The translations under genes were made by a program, and so were the position numbers. A stretch of DNA of 64,000 bases from Eledone cirrhosa (taxonomy: Eukaryota): NCBI GenBank assembly GCA_964016885.1, contig OZ024752.1:3100001-3164000 (forward strand), written 5' to 3'. The notes under the pieces were generated by a model. That model saw nothing but the letters and a program-made list of their open reading frames with translations, ran no database searches and was not told where the DNA came from. Shown piece after piece: positions 14,408 to 27,324 of the stretch (positions within the stretch are counted from its first letter, which is position 1; each line of letters opens with the position of its first letter).

Positions 14408-14620
14408 ATGGTTTCCTATATAGGGACAAGGCCAGCAATTTTGTGGGAGGGGAAAGTCGATTAAAGCGACCCCAGTGCGTGACTGGTACTTTATTTTATC
14501 AACCCGTAAAAATGAAAGGCAAATTAACTTCGGCGGGATTTGAACTCAGATCATAAAGGGCCATAGCTATGTGCGGTAAAGCATAACGTCCAACCGCTCT
14601 ACCGATACTGACAATCCAAT
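14408..14620 (-). mobile_element. tRNA-derived SINE (major family)
   Basis: Reverse complement of the same body; (TTA)n tail. Confidence 0.85.
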
Positions 14621-15519
14621 TAATAATTATAAAAACACACGTTTGGAAGTATAGGAAACAAAACGCGGTAGTGACAAGAACATATATATACTGAAGAGCA
14701 GCAAGCATAATTTAAATATATAAAGCTGGTTTTTGTGGGATTTTTTGTATATAAAATATTTTCTCTTAACTTGATTTTAATAATTTTACTTTAAAAAAAT
14801 ATTTCCGTTTACACTTGCCTCTGGTCACTTTTGATGGTTTTGGTTTAGAATATCCAACTTAAAAAGCTAGTTCATATATTAGACATCTTTACCCTGGAGC
14901 AAACGAAATGGTATTTACTGAATTTCAAATTTGTTTTGTAGTCCATCCTCCTTTTTTTACGTCTTTTGCTGTTTCTTGTTTTTTTTCCCTCCATTTTTTT
15001 CGCGTGATTTCTGTAGATTTCTTTTTGTTCTGAATTTAGTAAGGAATAATAATGCGTTTGACGCAGTAGTAGTTTTGTGACATCGATGGATAACTATAAA
15101 AAACATCTGATTTTTATTTGTTTCTCTATATTATTTGCTTAATCATTTATTGTATTGAATTATTATGTCATCTTTTTTTTTTATTTTATTGTTAATTGTA
15201 TTAGTAATAATGTTATTTTTTAGCCTTTCAGCTAAAATATAGTAAAAATATAAACTGAATGATGAAAAGTGAAACAAAAAATGTAATATTCCAACAGACA
15301 AGAAGGAGGGGTAAAATAACAACATAATAACAATAAATTAATTTTTAAAAAATTGAGATATGAAGACAAAATCAATTAGTGACAAGTTTTTAAGATTAAA
15401 TTAATGGTGAGGAATTATTTCCATATATGCTACAGATAGTGGCTTTTATTTGGATTTATTGGAAGCTTTCAAATTTCACTAGAAATTTGATCAATGAAAT
15501 ATTTCCAGCGTCGTTGCTA

Positions 15520-15745
15520 TCATCTTCATAATCGTCATCATCATCATCAACCACCTCATCACCATCAGCATCAGTCTCATCATCATCGGCATCATAATCA
15601 TCTTCATCATCGTCTTCATCATCATCACTATCACGATCATCGTCATGACCAATAAATCATTATCACAATCATCATAATCATAATTAACATCACCACCACC
15701 AACATCATCATCTTCATTATCATCATCACCATCATTACCGTTCAT
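15520..15745. repeat. Degenerate (CAT)n microsatellite
   Basis: Directly visible; accounts for the Asp/Met-rich ORF. Confidence 0.9.
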
Positions 15746-16435
15746 TACCGCTCATCCTTTAACTACTTCTGTCCTACATTCTACTCGCTTCAAAATAAAA
15801 ATAAAAAAATTCTTATTGCATGGTTATTCATACCTAGTACTCTGTATCTGAGAAAGTAACGCCATGGTCACGGCAGACGAACTTTCAATTATAAGAGATA
15901 TTCTATGAAATATCACCTGGAGCAAATTGTGTACTACAGCAGAGAATAAAATATGCTATATTTGCTTGGTTGCTTGAATTGACACAGATGGTTGCCAAAT
16001 TTCAATCAGAACAAAAATCCACAATTCAATCAAATCCAATCTTTTAGAATTAGTATCTCTTCAAAAACAATAAATAAATTCGTTGCTTCAAAAATAATCA
16101 GCAGAAATATTTTAAGGCAGCATTCACGTATAGTTTTATATATATAGCATCATTCTGGGTGATGGCAAATCATTCATTTATCTTGGTGTATATTCATGGA
16201 CTCACTCCCACACCACAAAGCACGCTTCTTTATCCGTTAATTTCATGTGTGAATATATGCTTATAGATATACATACAGACAGACACAAACACACTCATAT
16301 AGTCATTTGTTGCATTGTGATGGATAAATGTTGTTTTGTCTGCCTTCAAGAGCCTAAGTGCGCTGCAACCTCAGCACTGTGTAATGCTCCCTCAGCTTCC
16401 CTTTTTTTCAAAGTAATTATGTCATCTACATATAC

Positions 16436-16664
16436 CAAGTTGGGGAGCACTTGCTCCCGATGTCTGGTTCATTCCGACGTATCAGGTTTATCTCAACTGT
16501 TATTGACATGGCATTACGTAGTGAATAATCAGGGCTCATTACGATAATTAAAGGATCAACAAGATTTCCATTGAAGTCTACCCTATCGACAGAGAATAGG
16601 TCTATGTTTCCCTCATCTGTTATTACAAGTGCTGAATTATTGCCATACATATATTCACAGTCTG
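16436..16664 (-). other. Candidate isolated coding exon (weak cadherin-repeat-like extracellular sequence)
   Basis: Open frame DCEYMYGNNSALVITDEGNIDLFSVDRVDFNGNLVDPLII..DYSL..ITVEI; preceded by acceptor ttattctcttcag and followed by a weak donor G/GTATAT. Confidence 0.3.
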
Positions 16665-17407
16665 CTGAAGAGAATAACATTGATTGGAATCAAAAGCGTT
16701 CTTATAGTGTATGAATAGAATTACTGCGCCCTTCTCATTACTCCATACGTTTTCAACAATTTAGAGAAATGATGTGTGAGGATATAAAATGAGTTAGCCG
16801 AATTCCATTTTAGATAGAACATTGAAGGTTGTCGATAAATGGTCTTATTCTATCCAGGATCATCCTACTGGGAGTCATTACTGAAGTTTGGCTAACACTA
16901 GTTTAGTAGTTGGGGATGGTGTGATTGCCTTTTGTGTGTATCAATACTGTTCCTATTACATTCACATTCCCCAGACATCTGTACTACAAGGATTTCAATG
17001 TAGAAACATTAGAAACCCAGATTTTGATAGTTTCAAAAGGTCTTCAATTAGGTCATGACACCCAACAGATTTGCCTGGTTTCATTCACTTAAGTGTAAAG
17101 TATTATTCAATAGATAAATCAAGGATACGTGTCTCAGGTTGGTCTCAAATAATTGGTCAATCGCTACGCCTGTTTTACAAAGGGTGTAAGCTGACCAGGT
17201 TTCTGAATGTGCTCCTACTAAATTGTAAAGCATTCCACCCTTGAATATATAAATATATACCACATTATTCCTCTTCCTTGTATTAGAAAGTTATATTATA
17301 ATTCTCCACACACGTTTACCCACTCACACACATGCACACACACACACACACACACACATACTCTCTGACACACACACACGCGCGCGCACACACGCATGCA
17401 TGTATGA

Positions 17408-17487
<80 letters not shown>

Positions 17488-18437
17488 ACATATATATATA
17501 TATATATACGTGCATGCGTGTGTGTGAGTATTTCTGTACACACACACACACACATATATACATATATATATATATATATATTTCCCTTCCATTCAATTCT
17601 CTCTGTCACTCTGTGTATATGTGAATATTTATGTGTGTGTTGGGGGTGTCTGTGTGTGTATATGTGTGTGTATATGTGTGTGTGTAACTCTGCATTGTTG
17701 TCTGTCTGCCCGTCTCTGTATTTTGATATTGTTTTAATTTTAACCTCTGTATATATTTGGTATTCTAAATTAAGATTTGATTAATATTTGTTACAACCTA
17801 ACAACAACAACAACAAAACAAAAACAACAATAACAACAATATCGACTAATATACCAACAATGAACAACAACTACTCAAATAGAAAATATAAAACATTATT
17901 AATATCTTGTCATAATAGAAACACTCTTATTTGGAAACATGAATTCTTTGGTTGATATGTCAAAAAAATATTTATTACAGAATGCCAATATATAAAATAT
18001 TGCTATTTTGAAAATAATATTTCGGACAATTAAAATAAATGTAGGATATGATCTTTTTTTATTTCAAAATCTAATATCTAGTCTTAGTAATTCCGAATAA
18101 ATTTGTACATATTTCGTTTGTTTTTCATATTTTGGAATCTTTACTATTTTTGTCTTTTTTTCCCCTTCGTATTGACTTCGGTCTCTTTGCCTATTTTGGT
18201 TTTTATTTCTTACGAATAAATACAGAATATGGCTCAGATAATTCTATTTTCCTTCATTATTAAGAATTGACATATGTGGTTTATTACGAAAGAATTATTA
18301 TTAAATCCGTTGGATTTGATATAGAGCGACGGATAAAAAGGCTTGCGGAAGTTATTTACAATTTTAGTTGCATCTATTATGATTGATAGTTTAAATCACT
18401 TATCGACCACATCGGAAATTTCGTAAAATGGTATTCC

Positions 18438-18765
18438 TCTTCCAGTGTATCCATATAGGGGCTCCCACACGATTCTTTGGGACCGTCACTGACTGATGAA
18501 GATCTTACAGGCTTATGGAATCCCCAAGAAGATAGTGGACCTGATATCACTTCTCTACACCAACACCAAAGCCCAAGTCATTATACCTGATGGGATGGCA
18601 GTGTTCTTTGAGTTACTGGCTGGTGTCCTCCGGGGAGATACATTGGCTCCCTACCTTTTTTATCATCGTAGTGGACTATAGTATGCCCCTTGCACTGGAG
18701 AAAAACCCACGACTCTGGCTTTACTGTAGCACCGGCTCAGAGCAGGAGAGTTAAGGCGAAAGGGT
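18438..18765. mobile_element. Short RTE-type LINE with inversion (3' scrap on minus 18438-18492; RT fragment on plus 18493-18765)
   Basis: Plus: MKILQAYGIP..AQVIIPDG..GVLRGDTLAPYLF. Minus: VWEPLYGYTGR, matching [11 protein letters not shown] of the 42.5-kb copy. Confidence 0.75.
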
Positions 18766-18825
<60 letters not shown>

Positions 18826-21622
18826 GACTGAAACTATATTGGTCATTCTGTTCCTGTAAATTTTTCTCTTGTAAACTTGAGACATCACATTCTAAAATAA
18901 GCTCATTTTAACTATGTTACTTGTTATCAAGCAGTGGTTAGCCTTTTCTATCGGTTATTATATTATATTCTAGTATTTGCTTCCTGCGTAATAGAATTGG
19001 TTAACGGCTGGATTGCCTTTGATCATTGGTCTGCTTGATTATGCTATGTTGTGTAAAAATAATAAACACCAACAAAAAATACAGTACTTTTACCACATAT
19101 ATCATTCCACAAAACTCAAACAACAATAAACTTATTATGAAGTTTAGTGAATATCGCATGACTTTTATATCTTTCCAACTTGGCTGGTGCTGAATAAATA
19201 TTCTCAAATATTTACAACATCCACCGACTTAAACATGTTGAGCTTATACACAAAAGAAATTGTAATCAACTCTTCCTAAGCATGGCATTTCGCCAGGTAA
19301 CACAGTGCCAAAGTAACCAGGATAATACTAAATCTCATTGTTTGAGAAATACATTGGAACCAGGTACTGTGCCAACAACAGAACTCACTTTACTTTCAAT
19401 GCCAGCCCTATTAACGACACATTTGGAAATAAAGCAGAAAAGACTATAATATTTTGGGTTCCATTTTAATTCCATATTAGATTATGTTCCCCGATCAAAT
19501 ATAGAAGTGTGTCTCAAAGCTGTAACTAACGAGATCACTAATGGTCTATTTAAAAATAGCTCTCTGTTGTTGTTGCTCTTTTGTTGTATGGACAGTTTGC
19601 AATATTATTTCTCCTTGTGGTGTTTTGGTAGTTATTGCTGTATATCACCAACACGACCCCAATCTATCAGAACTGCAGAATTATGGTCAAATGCATTAAA
19701 CCCATATCTATCACTTTTTCTACTTTAAAGTACACATTAACTCAGCCTGCTTTGAAATCTATTTAAGAGTTTTGAATAAGAGTTCAGATACATTTAAGTA
19801 CTTTTTTATTGAATGTTGCATGAAGATGTAGTTTCCTTCGTCGTCTTCTTGTTGACACCCTTGCATTTTATCCATACGAGATCGATGAAAGAAAATGCCA
19901 GTAATCACTGGGATAATTGCTGGCCTTGAGCCAAAATTAGAAACAATTATTATTAATGCTATTGCTATTATTGCTATTATAGATATTAATTGTCTAGCCA
20001 GGCTTAGTAAGAAGGTAGCCGCTGTATTTATTTAAACAAGTGCTGATATTTTGCTTTGATATCGGAGAATTGCCTGTGATGTAGTAGCAATCTGCCCCCA
20101 CTACAAGATACGTAGTTATCTTTTTATCGGATCTTCGGGTGTGTTTTTGGATATTCTTTAATTCCTTTACCGTTAAGCGGCTATTCCTCAAAGCGTATTT
20201 CATCAATTTTATCGGCACCAATACTTTGCTTAGACCTTATTTATCATACCTGTCAAAACCACTTCGATAGAAGTTTAAAGGGAAGTTTATAGCATATCCA
20301 CAATGTGTAGAGCATATCCGAAATGCTGACCAGCCAAATTAAAAGAACTATCCAAAAATATTTGCCAACGACTAATAAGTTTCTCATACTATGAATATTC
20401 TAGGAATAATGTAAAGGATTTCTATAATAAACTTTATCAGATAGTGTTTCTTTTTAAAGATGTGATAAAAATGATAGAAATAATGAAATGTGTTTCTTAT
20501 TTCGAAAGCATAGGAACTGTTTTCCCCCCTCAAATTTAGTCATAACTCCCCTTAAATTCATGAAGGAAGTTCCTTTAGTATCAAAATGTTTTACAATCCT
20601 GTCCTCAAATATTACCAACGGCGTAGAATTGTGAACACCAACATATTTCAAGTAAGCTATTTTACTACATCCAGCTTCGTTATTTCGGTTAACATCAACC
20701 AAGCTATACATGCAATTGCAACTATCCCTAATCCCTAGTCATGCAATTCTATCAATCCCGCTTCATGTCACTTAAATAGCAAATATTTTACAAGCTCCAT
20801 TGTTTATTGCACAAAGGTGTCATCCGTATATGAGTCAATTATTAAAGAATGTATTAATCTGAAATCCGTTCAAACTGAAGCATAACGAAAATACACTCAC
20901 AGAAGACAATCTAAATTTCAGATACGCTGTTGTAGAAGGACGTTGGGTGTTTAAAATATAGCCTTACAAATTCAGATAAAAAATGTAAATTTTTATACGA
21001 CGAACAATATCTTTATGGTATATGTGAAATGACACATATTATGGAGATAATGTGTCAACAGGTGTGCTAGAACCGCGTAACTCCAAAGACGAAATCGGTT
21101 AAGTAAATAGTGTATTTACTACATTACGAAATAGAAGGAATCAAGATTGTTTACAAGTCTGCTATGCGAAATTTTAGAATGATGGACCATTAAATATTGA
21201 CATATGGGACGAGTGTAGTTACATTCCAGCATTCCAGCATATATCTCGATATGCTACTGCTTTGTGGGAGAATGCAGGAAGTAAATGATAAAAGGGGTTG
21301 TTGTTTCCTAGAAAAGGTAAGCAAACAAACTAAATGAATGATTGAAGTAAAATAAGGTTTCATTTCACATGGATCTACTGCAACGAAGAATTACATCTAC
21401 AAAATCGGTCGAGGTTGGTGTCGTTGCACATCTGGAGTATAAAACTTGTCTGATACGATCAAACATCGGTACCTTTGTGTTTCCTATATACGATTGTTAA
21501 AGTATAGTCTTCAGTAGCCACGTCTGGTTGTCTTCCCAAACACGAATAAAATAGATTGGCGTTTCTTGACATTTTAGGACGCACAAACAAACACACATAA
21601 ATGCCCCCCCCCCCCCGCACCC

Positions 21623-21656
<34 letters not shown>

Positions 21657-21690
21657 ATAATAATAAATTTGAAGACTAAAATCCAAACAC

Positions 21691-21748
<58 letters not shown>

Positions 21749-21750
21749 TA

Positions 21751-22087
<337 letters not shown>

Positions 22088-22562
22088 GTCCGACAGACAA
22101 CCTTTTCCCCCACCCCGGAAAAAACCCCAGTTGATGGATGTGAATCCGAAATATATAGGGACTATTAAATCTCTCCCAAGGTAACTCTCTCTTGTGTTGT
22201 TATTTTTTATTTTTATTTTTATCCTGTATACTCTTCCCTTCATTCTACACATCTCACACATCTTATACACACCACGCATCTCAACGTACACCCACTTACA
22301 TCTCTCTCTCCACCACCGGACCTTGTTACCCGGAGATTTACCCATTTGCATTGTCGAGGCTTCCAAACGACTTAAAGGTATTTACCTATATATATATATA
22401 TATATATTGTTATACTTTGGGAGGGTCATGTTGCCAATAAGAAACACACGCACCAGTTGCTTTCACTTCAATTTAATTTAATATATATTTATAAATTTAC
22501 AAATTTATAAATTTCTGGTTGGTTGGTTGGTTCCACAACCAGATAGTTGTTTATATATATAT

Positions 22563-22607
22563 AGTCATAGTTCTTTCGTCACACACTCTGTGACCTCTTC
22601 AGTGACT
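22563..22607 (-). ncRNA. Minimal type I hammerhead motif, family A (mirror copy)
   Basis: Exact reverse complement of 22718-22762. Confidence 0.75.
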
Positions 22608-22717
22608 GGGGATTTCTTTCTTCGTTTCTGTGCCTTTCCTTTCTTCTATCCTACGCCATTTGAAAATGGCGTAGGATAGAAGAAAGGAAAGGCACAGAAA
22701 CGAAGAAAGAAATCCCC

Positions 22718-22762
22718 AGTCACTGAAGAGGTCACAGAGTGTGTGACGAAAGAACTATGACT
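22718..22762 (+). ncRNA. Minimal type I hammerhead motif, family A
   Basis: AGTCA-CTGAAGA-G-GTCACA-gagtg-TGTGAC-GAAA-gaa-CTA-TGACT. Confidence 0.75.
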
Positions 22763-22973
22763 ATATATATATAAACAACTATCTGGTTGTGGAACCAACC
22801 AACCAACCAGAAATTTATAAATTTGTAAATTTATAAATATATATTAAATTAAATTGAAGTGAAAGCAACTGGTGCGTGTGTTTCTTATTGGCAACATGAC
22901 CCTCCCAAAGTATAACAATATCGGTTTCAACACACGATTTCAGATAAAGAATCTTGCTAAACAAATTCAGAAA

Positions 22974-23023
<50 letters not shown>

Positions 23024-23059
23024 TCCACGCGAAGGGTAGCCAGCCGTAAATAGCTAGAT

Positions 23060-23244
23060 AATTGTTTCTACTTTTGGCACAAGGCCATCGATTACCCAGT
23101 ATATTAGTGGTACTTTATTTTATCGACCCTGTAAGGATGAAAGGCAAAGTTGACCTCTGCGGGATCTGAACTCAGACCGCAAAGGGACGTAACTATGCTG
23201 GAAAGCATGGCGTCCGACTCTCTACCGATACTGCCAATCCACCG
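23060..23244 (-). mobile_element. tRNA-derived SINE (major family), near full length
   Basis: Reverse complement of head and body; flanked by the duplicated sequence ccgtaaat(a/g)gctagataat. Confidence 0.85.
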
Positions 23245-23763
23245 TAAATGGCTAGATAATACGTGTCCATTATCACACCCTTAGATTCGTATCGCTTTCT
23301 CTTAATCATTAGCAGCCTCCGTACAACTAACACATGTCGACTATATATGCTCATTCCACGTATGCCTTCACTGCTCTGTATACACAGATACCCACCCTTA
23401 AACTATCATACCTTTCCTCATAGCTTCGTACTTACGTGCACACACTCTTTTACTCACATATATACACACATTTCTTCTTAGCTTCCTACGGACGTATAAT
23501 AACACACACACATACATGCACACACAAACATATGCTTACGCACGTGCATAATATAGCTCTTTTTACAAAAAGTTTTTTTCCCCATTTCAAGTAGACGCGC
23601 TCCATCATCCACCTTTCTAAAAAATAAATCATACACAAAACGCCAGCACCAGCAGTTTCCCAAGTGATGTCACATGAATGGACCTGTTATTTTTATCTAA
23701 ATACAGTTTTTCCAATTCCATCCGGCCCGTCCCCTCAATCTATCTTATTTCTCATTCTTTCTT

Positions 23764-23792
23764 CTGATGAAGGACTAGCGTCCGAAACGTTA
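23764..23792 (+). ncRNA. Hammerhead core with weak helix I
   Basis: CTGATGA-A-GGAC-tagc-GTCC-GAAA-CGTTA with palindromic AACGTT. Confidence 0.6.
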
Positions 23793-24144
23793 ACACCCTC
23801 TTCCTTCTATATCAAGCGTTAACCTAATATATCCCTTACATATACTGTACCGATTGTGCTGTTATTTATTTTTACATTTTACATACATATATATACCTAT
23901 ATATATGTACATTCTGATTGGTATTCTACTGACATGGCTTCAAAAATCTGGCCGTTTGCATAATTACAAAGGCATCGAATATTATTATTAATATTCGAAA
24001 AACTCAGATTACATTTATATATATGTATATATATATACACATATATATATGTGTATATATATATACTTTGTTATATAATGCTCTGTTTGTTGATTATTTA
24101 ATTAATTAATTTGTCATTGAGCCACACCGTGAATTGTTGCCAAA

Positions 24145-24218
<74 letters not shown>

Positions 24219-24789
24219 TCTGACTAGTTTATGTATATGTAAACCTCTATAGTTTATATACTCCCGTAAGGTTGAATAAAACTTTAGACAGTATTCGGCT
24301 GCGTTTTCTAACAACCAGCCTACTCGCCGTCAGGCACCAATCAAAAGCTTTCTGACTTGACCACTGGCCATGTGACAATTCTTAGCCATTTTGAATTCGT
24401 TTCTGGCGGGTATCATTTAAGAAACATCTTTGTCCAATTGAGTTTGTTTCCTGAGGACTTCGAAACTCGTTGATTTATCCATGATCGGATATTTCAAAAA
24501 AGCGAATGAAAACTCCGGGGGTACAAACATGTTTTTGGTATGTTTATGTACATTTTTTCTTCCAACATTCATTTTGTACCTAATTGTGTATGGTTAGCTA
24601 GTCAATTTCTAGTCAATTTCTACGGGCTATTAGAAATACTAAGTAAAGCGTCTGTGGCTGTAGTTCGCGGATAAAATAGCTATCCTTTATTTATCTATTG
24701 TTTATTCATAGGTACATTTTAAACTTATAGCCTCGTTTAATTGATTTTTTATGTGGTTGATTATGCTAATTGGGAGAAGAAATTACTGT

Positions 24790-26530
24790 ATACAAGATCC
24801 CTACGGCAGAGCTCACGCCGTTTCGACGGCTATTTCTGGACTAAATTAGAATGGTTAGCGTGATAATAAATAGCCGAACTTTGCAAGGGGTAATTCCTGA
24901 TATGGGAAGATTGTAGTTGTCAAATGTATTCGTCAGAATTTCTTGTAAACACAATTAAATATTTCATGGCGGTGGATGTGAGGTGGTGGTGGCTTAACTA
25001 GCCTGTAGAACAATGAGGGAGTGGGTGGAGCCGGTCAAGTGTTGAAAGAGAAATTCTATACAGCAAATTCTAAGGAGTGTGTATGAAATTACGCTATCTA
25101 GAAAGCAGGCGAAAAAATAATTCCCACCAAACTCCCACCACAACATAATCAACAAAAACACTATCAAACTCTCCTACAGCACCAGACCCACCGTCGCACA
25201 AAACATCGCCTCCTCAACCCCTATGGAAGAAACAACCTAGACATTAGTGGAGAGCCGACCAGGAGGTGTAACTGCTCTGATAGATATACCTGCCCCCTCA
25301 ACAACAGATGTCGAGAACGTAACGTGATCTACCAACGCAACGTGAGTACGGAAAACTCCAACAAAGCGTATATAGTATTAACCGTTTGCGACTTTAAGAC
25401 CCGATTCTACCAACACCGATATACGTTCAGAAAACCGGACCGGCGGCATGCCACTACATTTTCGGGTCACATCTGGGACCTCCAAGATAATAACATAACA
25501 TACCATCTTACTTGGAGCTTACTGTCCAGGGCTAACTCCTACACGGGAGAACGCCGTCCGTGTACCTTATGCTCAGTGGAAACAATACAAATGCTCTTTA
25601 CGAAGGCCCAACTCCTAAATAAAAAAGACGAACTTGTAACTGCGTGTAAACACTAATTGCGTAGGACTTTCCTCGCCCTCAAACCCCCTCATGACCCGGG
25701 TGGGTAGACAATGGCTGCAACATCATTCTTTTCCCCACTTGCCGAACAAGTTAGGGGAAACCTCAGCATACATAGGTAGATGTGCTTCTTTTCTTTTTTC
25801 CCTTTAGCTCTACTTCTCACGTCATTTCACACCCTCTCTTCTTTTTTTTCGTTTTTCCTCTTTCGCCCACCATGAGGCAGCCCATCGGGGTTTTGTAGCC
25901 TCAGTACCCGCACCACATAATTTCTATATAGCATTGGCCGAAAACGCAATACCAGCTAAAAATATAGCAGTTGCTTTAGACTCCAGTTATTTTTTTTTTT
26001 TTATTATTTAATTTGTTTATATTATCATCATTTTTATTTATTATTTTTTTTATTTTTAATCTCAATTTATTAACCTGTTAATTTTATAACTTCCCACTCT
26101 CAGATTCCTCCAGAAATCCTTTTTCGCCTGCTTTCTAGATAGCGTAATTTCAAACACACTCCTTAGAATTTGCTGTATATAATTCACTTTCAACGCTTGA
26201 CCGGTTCCACCCTCTCCCTCATTGTTCTACAGGCAAGTTCAGCCACACCCGCCTCCAGCCACCACCATGAAAGATTTGATTGTGTTTACAAGAGATTCTG
26301 ACCAATTCTTTGACAACTACAATCGTCCCATATAAGGAATTACACCGGGAAAAGTTCGGCTATTTACTCCCACGCTAAAAATTATAACTTAGTCCAGAAA
26401 TAGCCGTCGAAACGGCTTGAGCTCTGCCGTCGCGGTCTTGAACATTTTCCTATTACCCACTCTACTACCCTAAGTATTGAGTACTCTGGTGCGTTATGGT
26501 CCATCTGGTTCCTTACCACACTTCCTTCGT
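24790..26530 (+). mobile_element. 5'-truncated Naiad-type Penelope-like element with inverted 5' terminal repeat (family C ends)
   Basis: 24790-25116 is inverted to 26120-26445; tail to 26530; internal GIY-YIG coding remnant. Confidence 0.85.
25121..25710 (+). pseudogene. PLE thumb/linker plus GIY-YIG endonuclease remnant
   Basis: INKNTIKLSYS; CNC-x5-C-x5-C (CNCSDRYTCPLNNRC, starts at 25267); VIY..AYI..FKTRFYQH..W.L..W..CTLC..E..LN..CKH; one frameshift and a premature TAA. Confidence 0.85.
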
Positions 26531-26599
26531 TATATATATATATGTGTGTGCGTGTGTGTGAGTGTGTGTGTGTGTGTGTGTGTAAGTCTAAAGTACGTC

Positions 26600-26827
26600 T
26601 TAAGCCGGAAGTCACATTTGGCTGGTGATTATCTAGGTTTCATAGCGTGGAATGAGAGTAAAAGACGCCACCCCCGCCCTCCTGCACAGAAATATTGCTA
26701 GTATCCATTTTCAGCTAAGTATACTGGAGCAACGTGCTGTGCTCTACAACACAACACGCAACCCGGCAATCGAACCCACGATATTATGATCGTAAGTCCA
26801 ACACCCGTACCGCTAGGTCAAGTGCCT
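26600..26827 (-). mobile_element. Second tRNA-derived SINE family
   Basis: Minus-strand head ggcacttgacctagcggtacgggtgttggac..gtgggttcgattgccggg with A/B boxes. Confidence 0.65.
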
Positions 26828-26831
26828 GTAC

Positions 26832-26895
<64 letters not shown>

Positions 26896-27021
26896 GTAGG
26901 AGGTGAGTTTTATTGTAGTACAATAAAGCAATGCAGATATCGGATAAGAAGCACTCTACAGTTTGTGGGACTGGAGTATGCATAATATAAGATCAAAAGA
27001 TGGTTAAAGGAGTTCCAAATA

Positions 27022-27088
27022 TTTTATTATGCGCATTTCAAAAACAAACATCATCAAACAATAATATTTGTGTTTTCATCAGATAAAA
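27022..27088 (-). ncRNA. Minimal type I hammerhead motif, family B (mirror copy)
   Basis: Reverse complement of 27221-27287. Confidence 0.8.
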
Positions 27089-27220
27089 CAGGAGAACATG
27101 ATATGAAGGCTAAAAAACACTTGTTGATAGTGCAGTTTTTTAAATCAACATATCATGATATGTTGATTTAAAACTGCACTATCAACAAGTGTTTTTTAGC
27201 CTTCATATCATGTTCTCCTG

Positions 27221-27287
27221 TTTTATCTGATGAAAACACAAATATTATTGTTTGATGATGTTTGTTTTTGAAATGCGCATAATAAAA
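27221..27287 (+). ncRNA. Minimal type I hammerhead motif, family B
   Basis: TTTTAT-CTGATGA-aaacacaaatatta..tgatgtttgttttt-GAAA-TGCGCA-TA-ATAAAA; palindromic helix III loop. Confidence 0.8.
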
Positions 27288-27324
27288 TATATGGAACTCC
27301 TTTAACCATCTTTTGATCTTATAT

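Larger units (their letters stand above)
22404..22978 (+). mobile_element. Fold-back family A element: 258-bp inverted arms, 2-nt loop, about 57-nt tail, in (TA)n
   Basis: 22404-22661 is the reverse complement of 22664-22921 (no mismatch seen by eye); tail cggtttcaacacacg..cagaaacg. Confidence 0.9.

Noticed and set aside
15491-15745. Asp/Met-rich 84-aa ORF
   Set aside because: Degenerate (CAT)n microsatellite.
22404-22978. Fold-back elements as ordinary MITEs or pre-miRNAs
   Set aside because: Ends are asymmetric (tail on one arm), the centre varies between copies, arms contain HHR motifs, and one family is tied to a GIY-YIG ORF.
25261-25710. Possible selenoprotein-type Naiad (in-frame TGA at Cys, SECIS)
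   Set aside because: Conserved Cys positions are TGY here (Ser/Phe substitutions in the 34-kb copy), the interrupting stop is TAA, and no convincing SECIS was seen.
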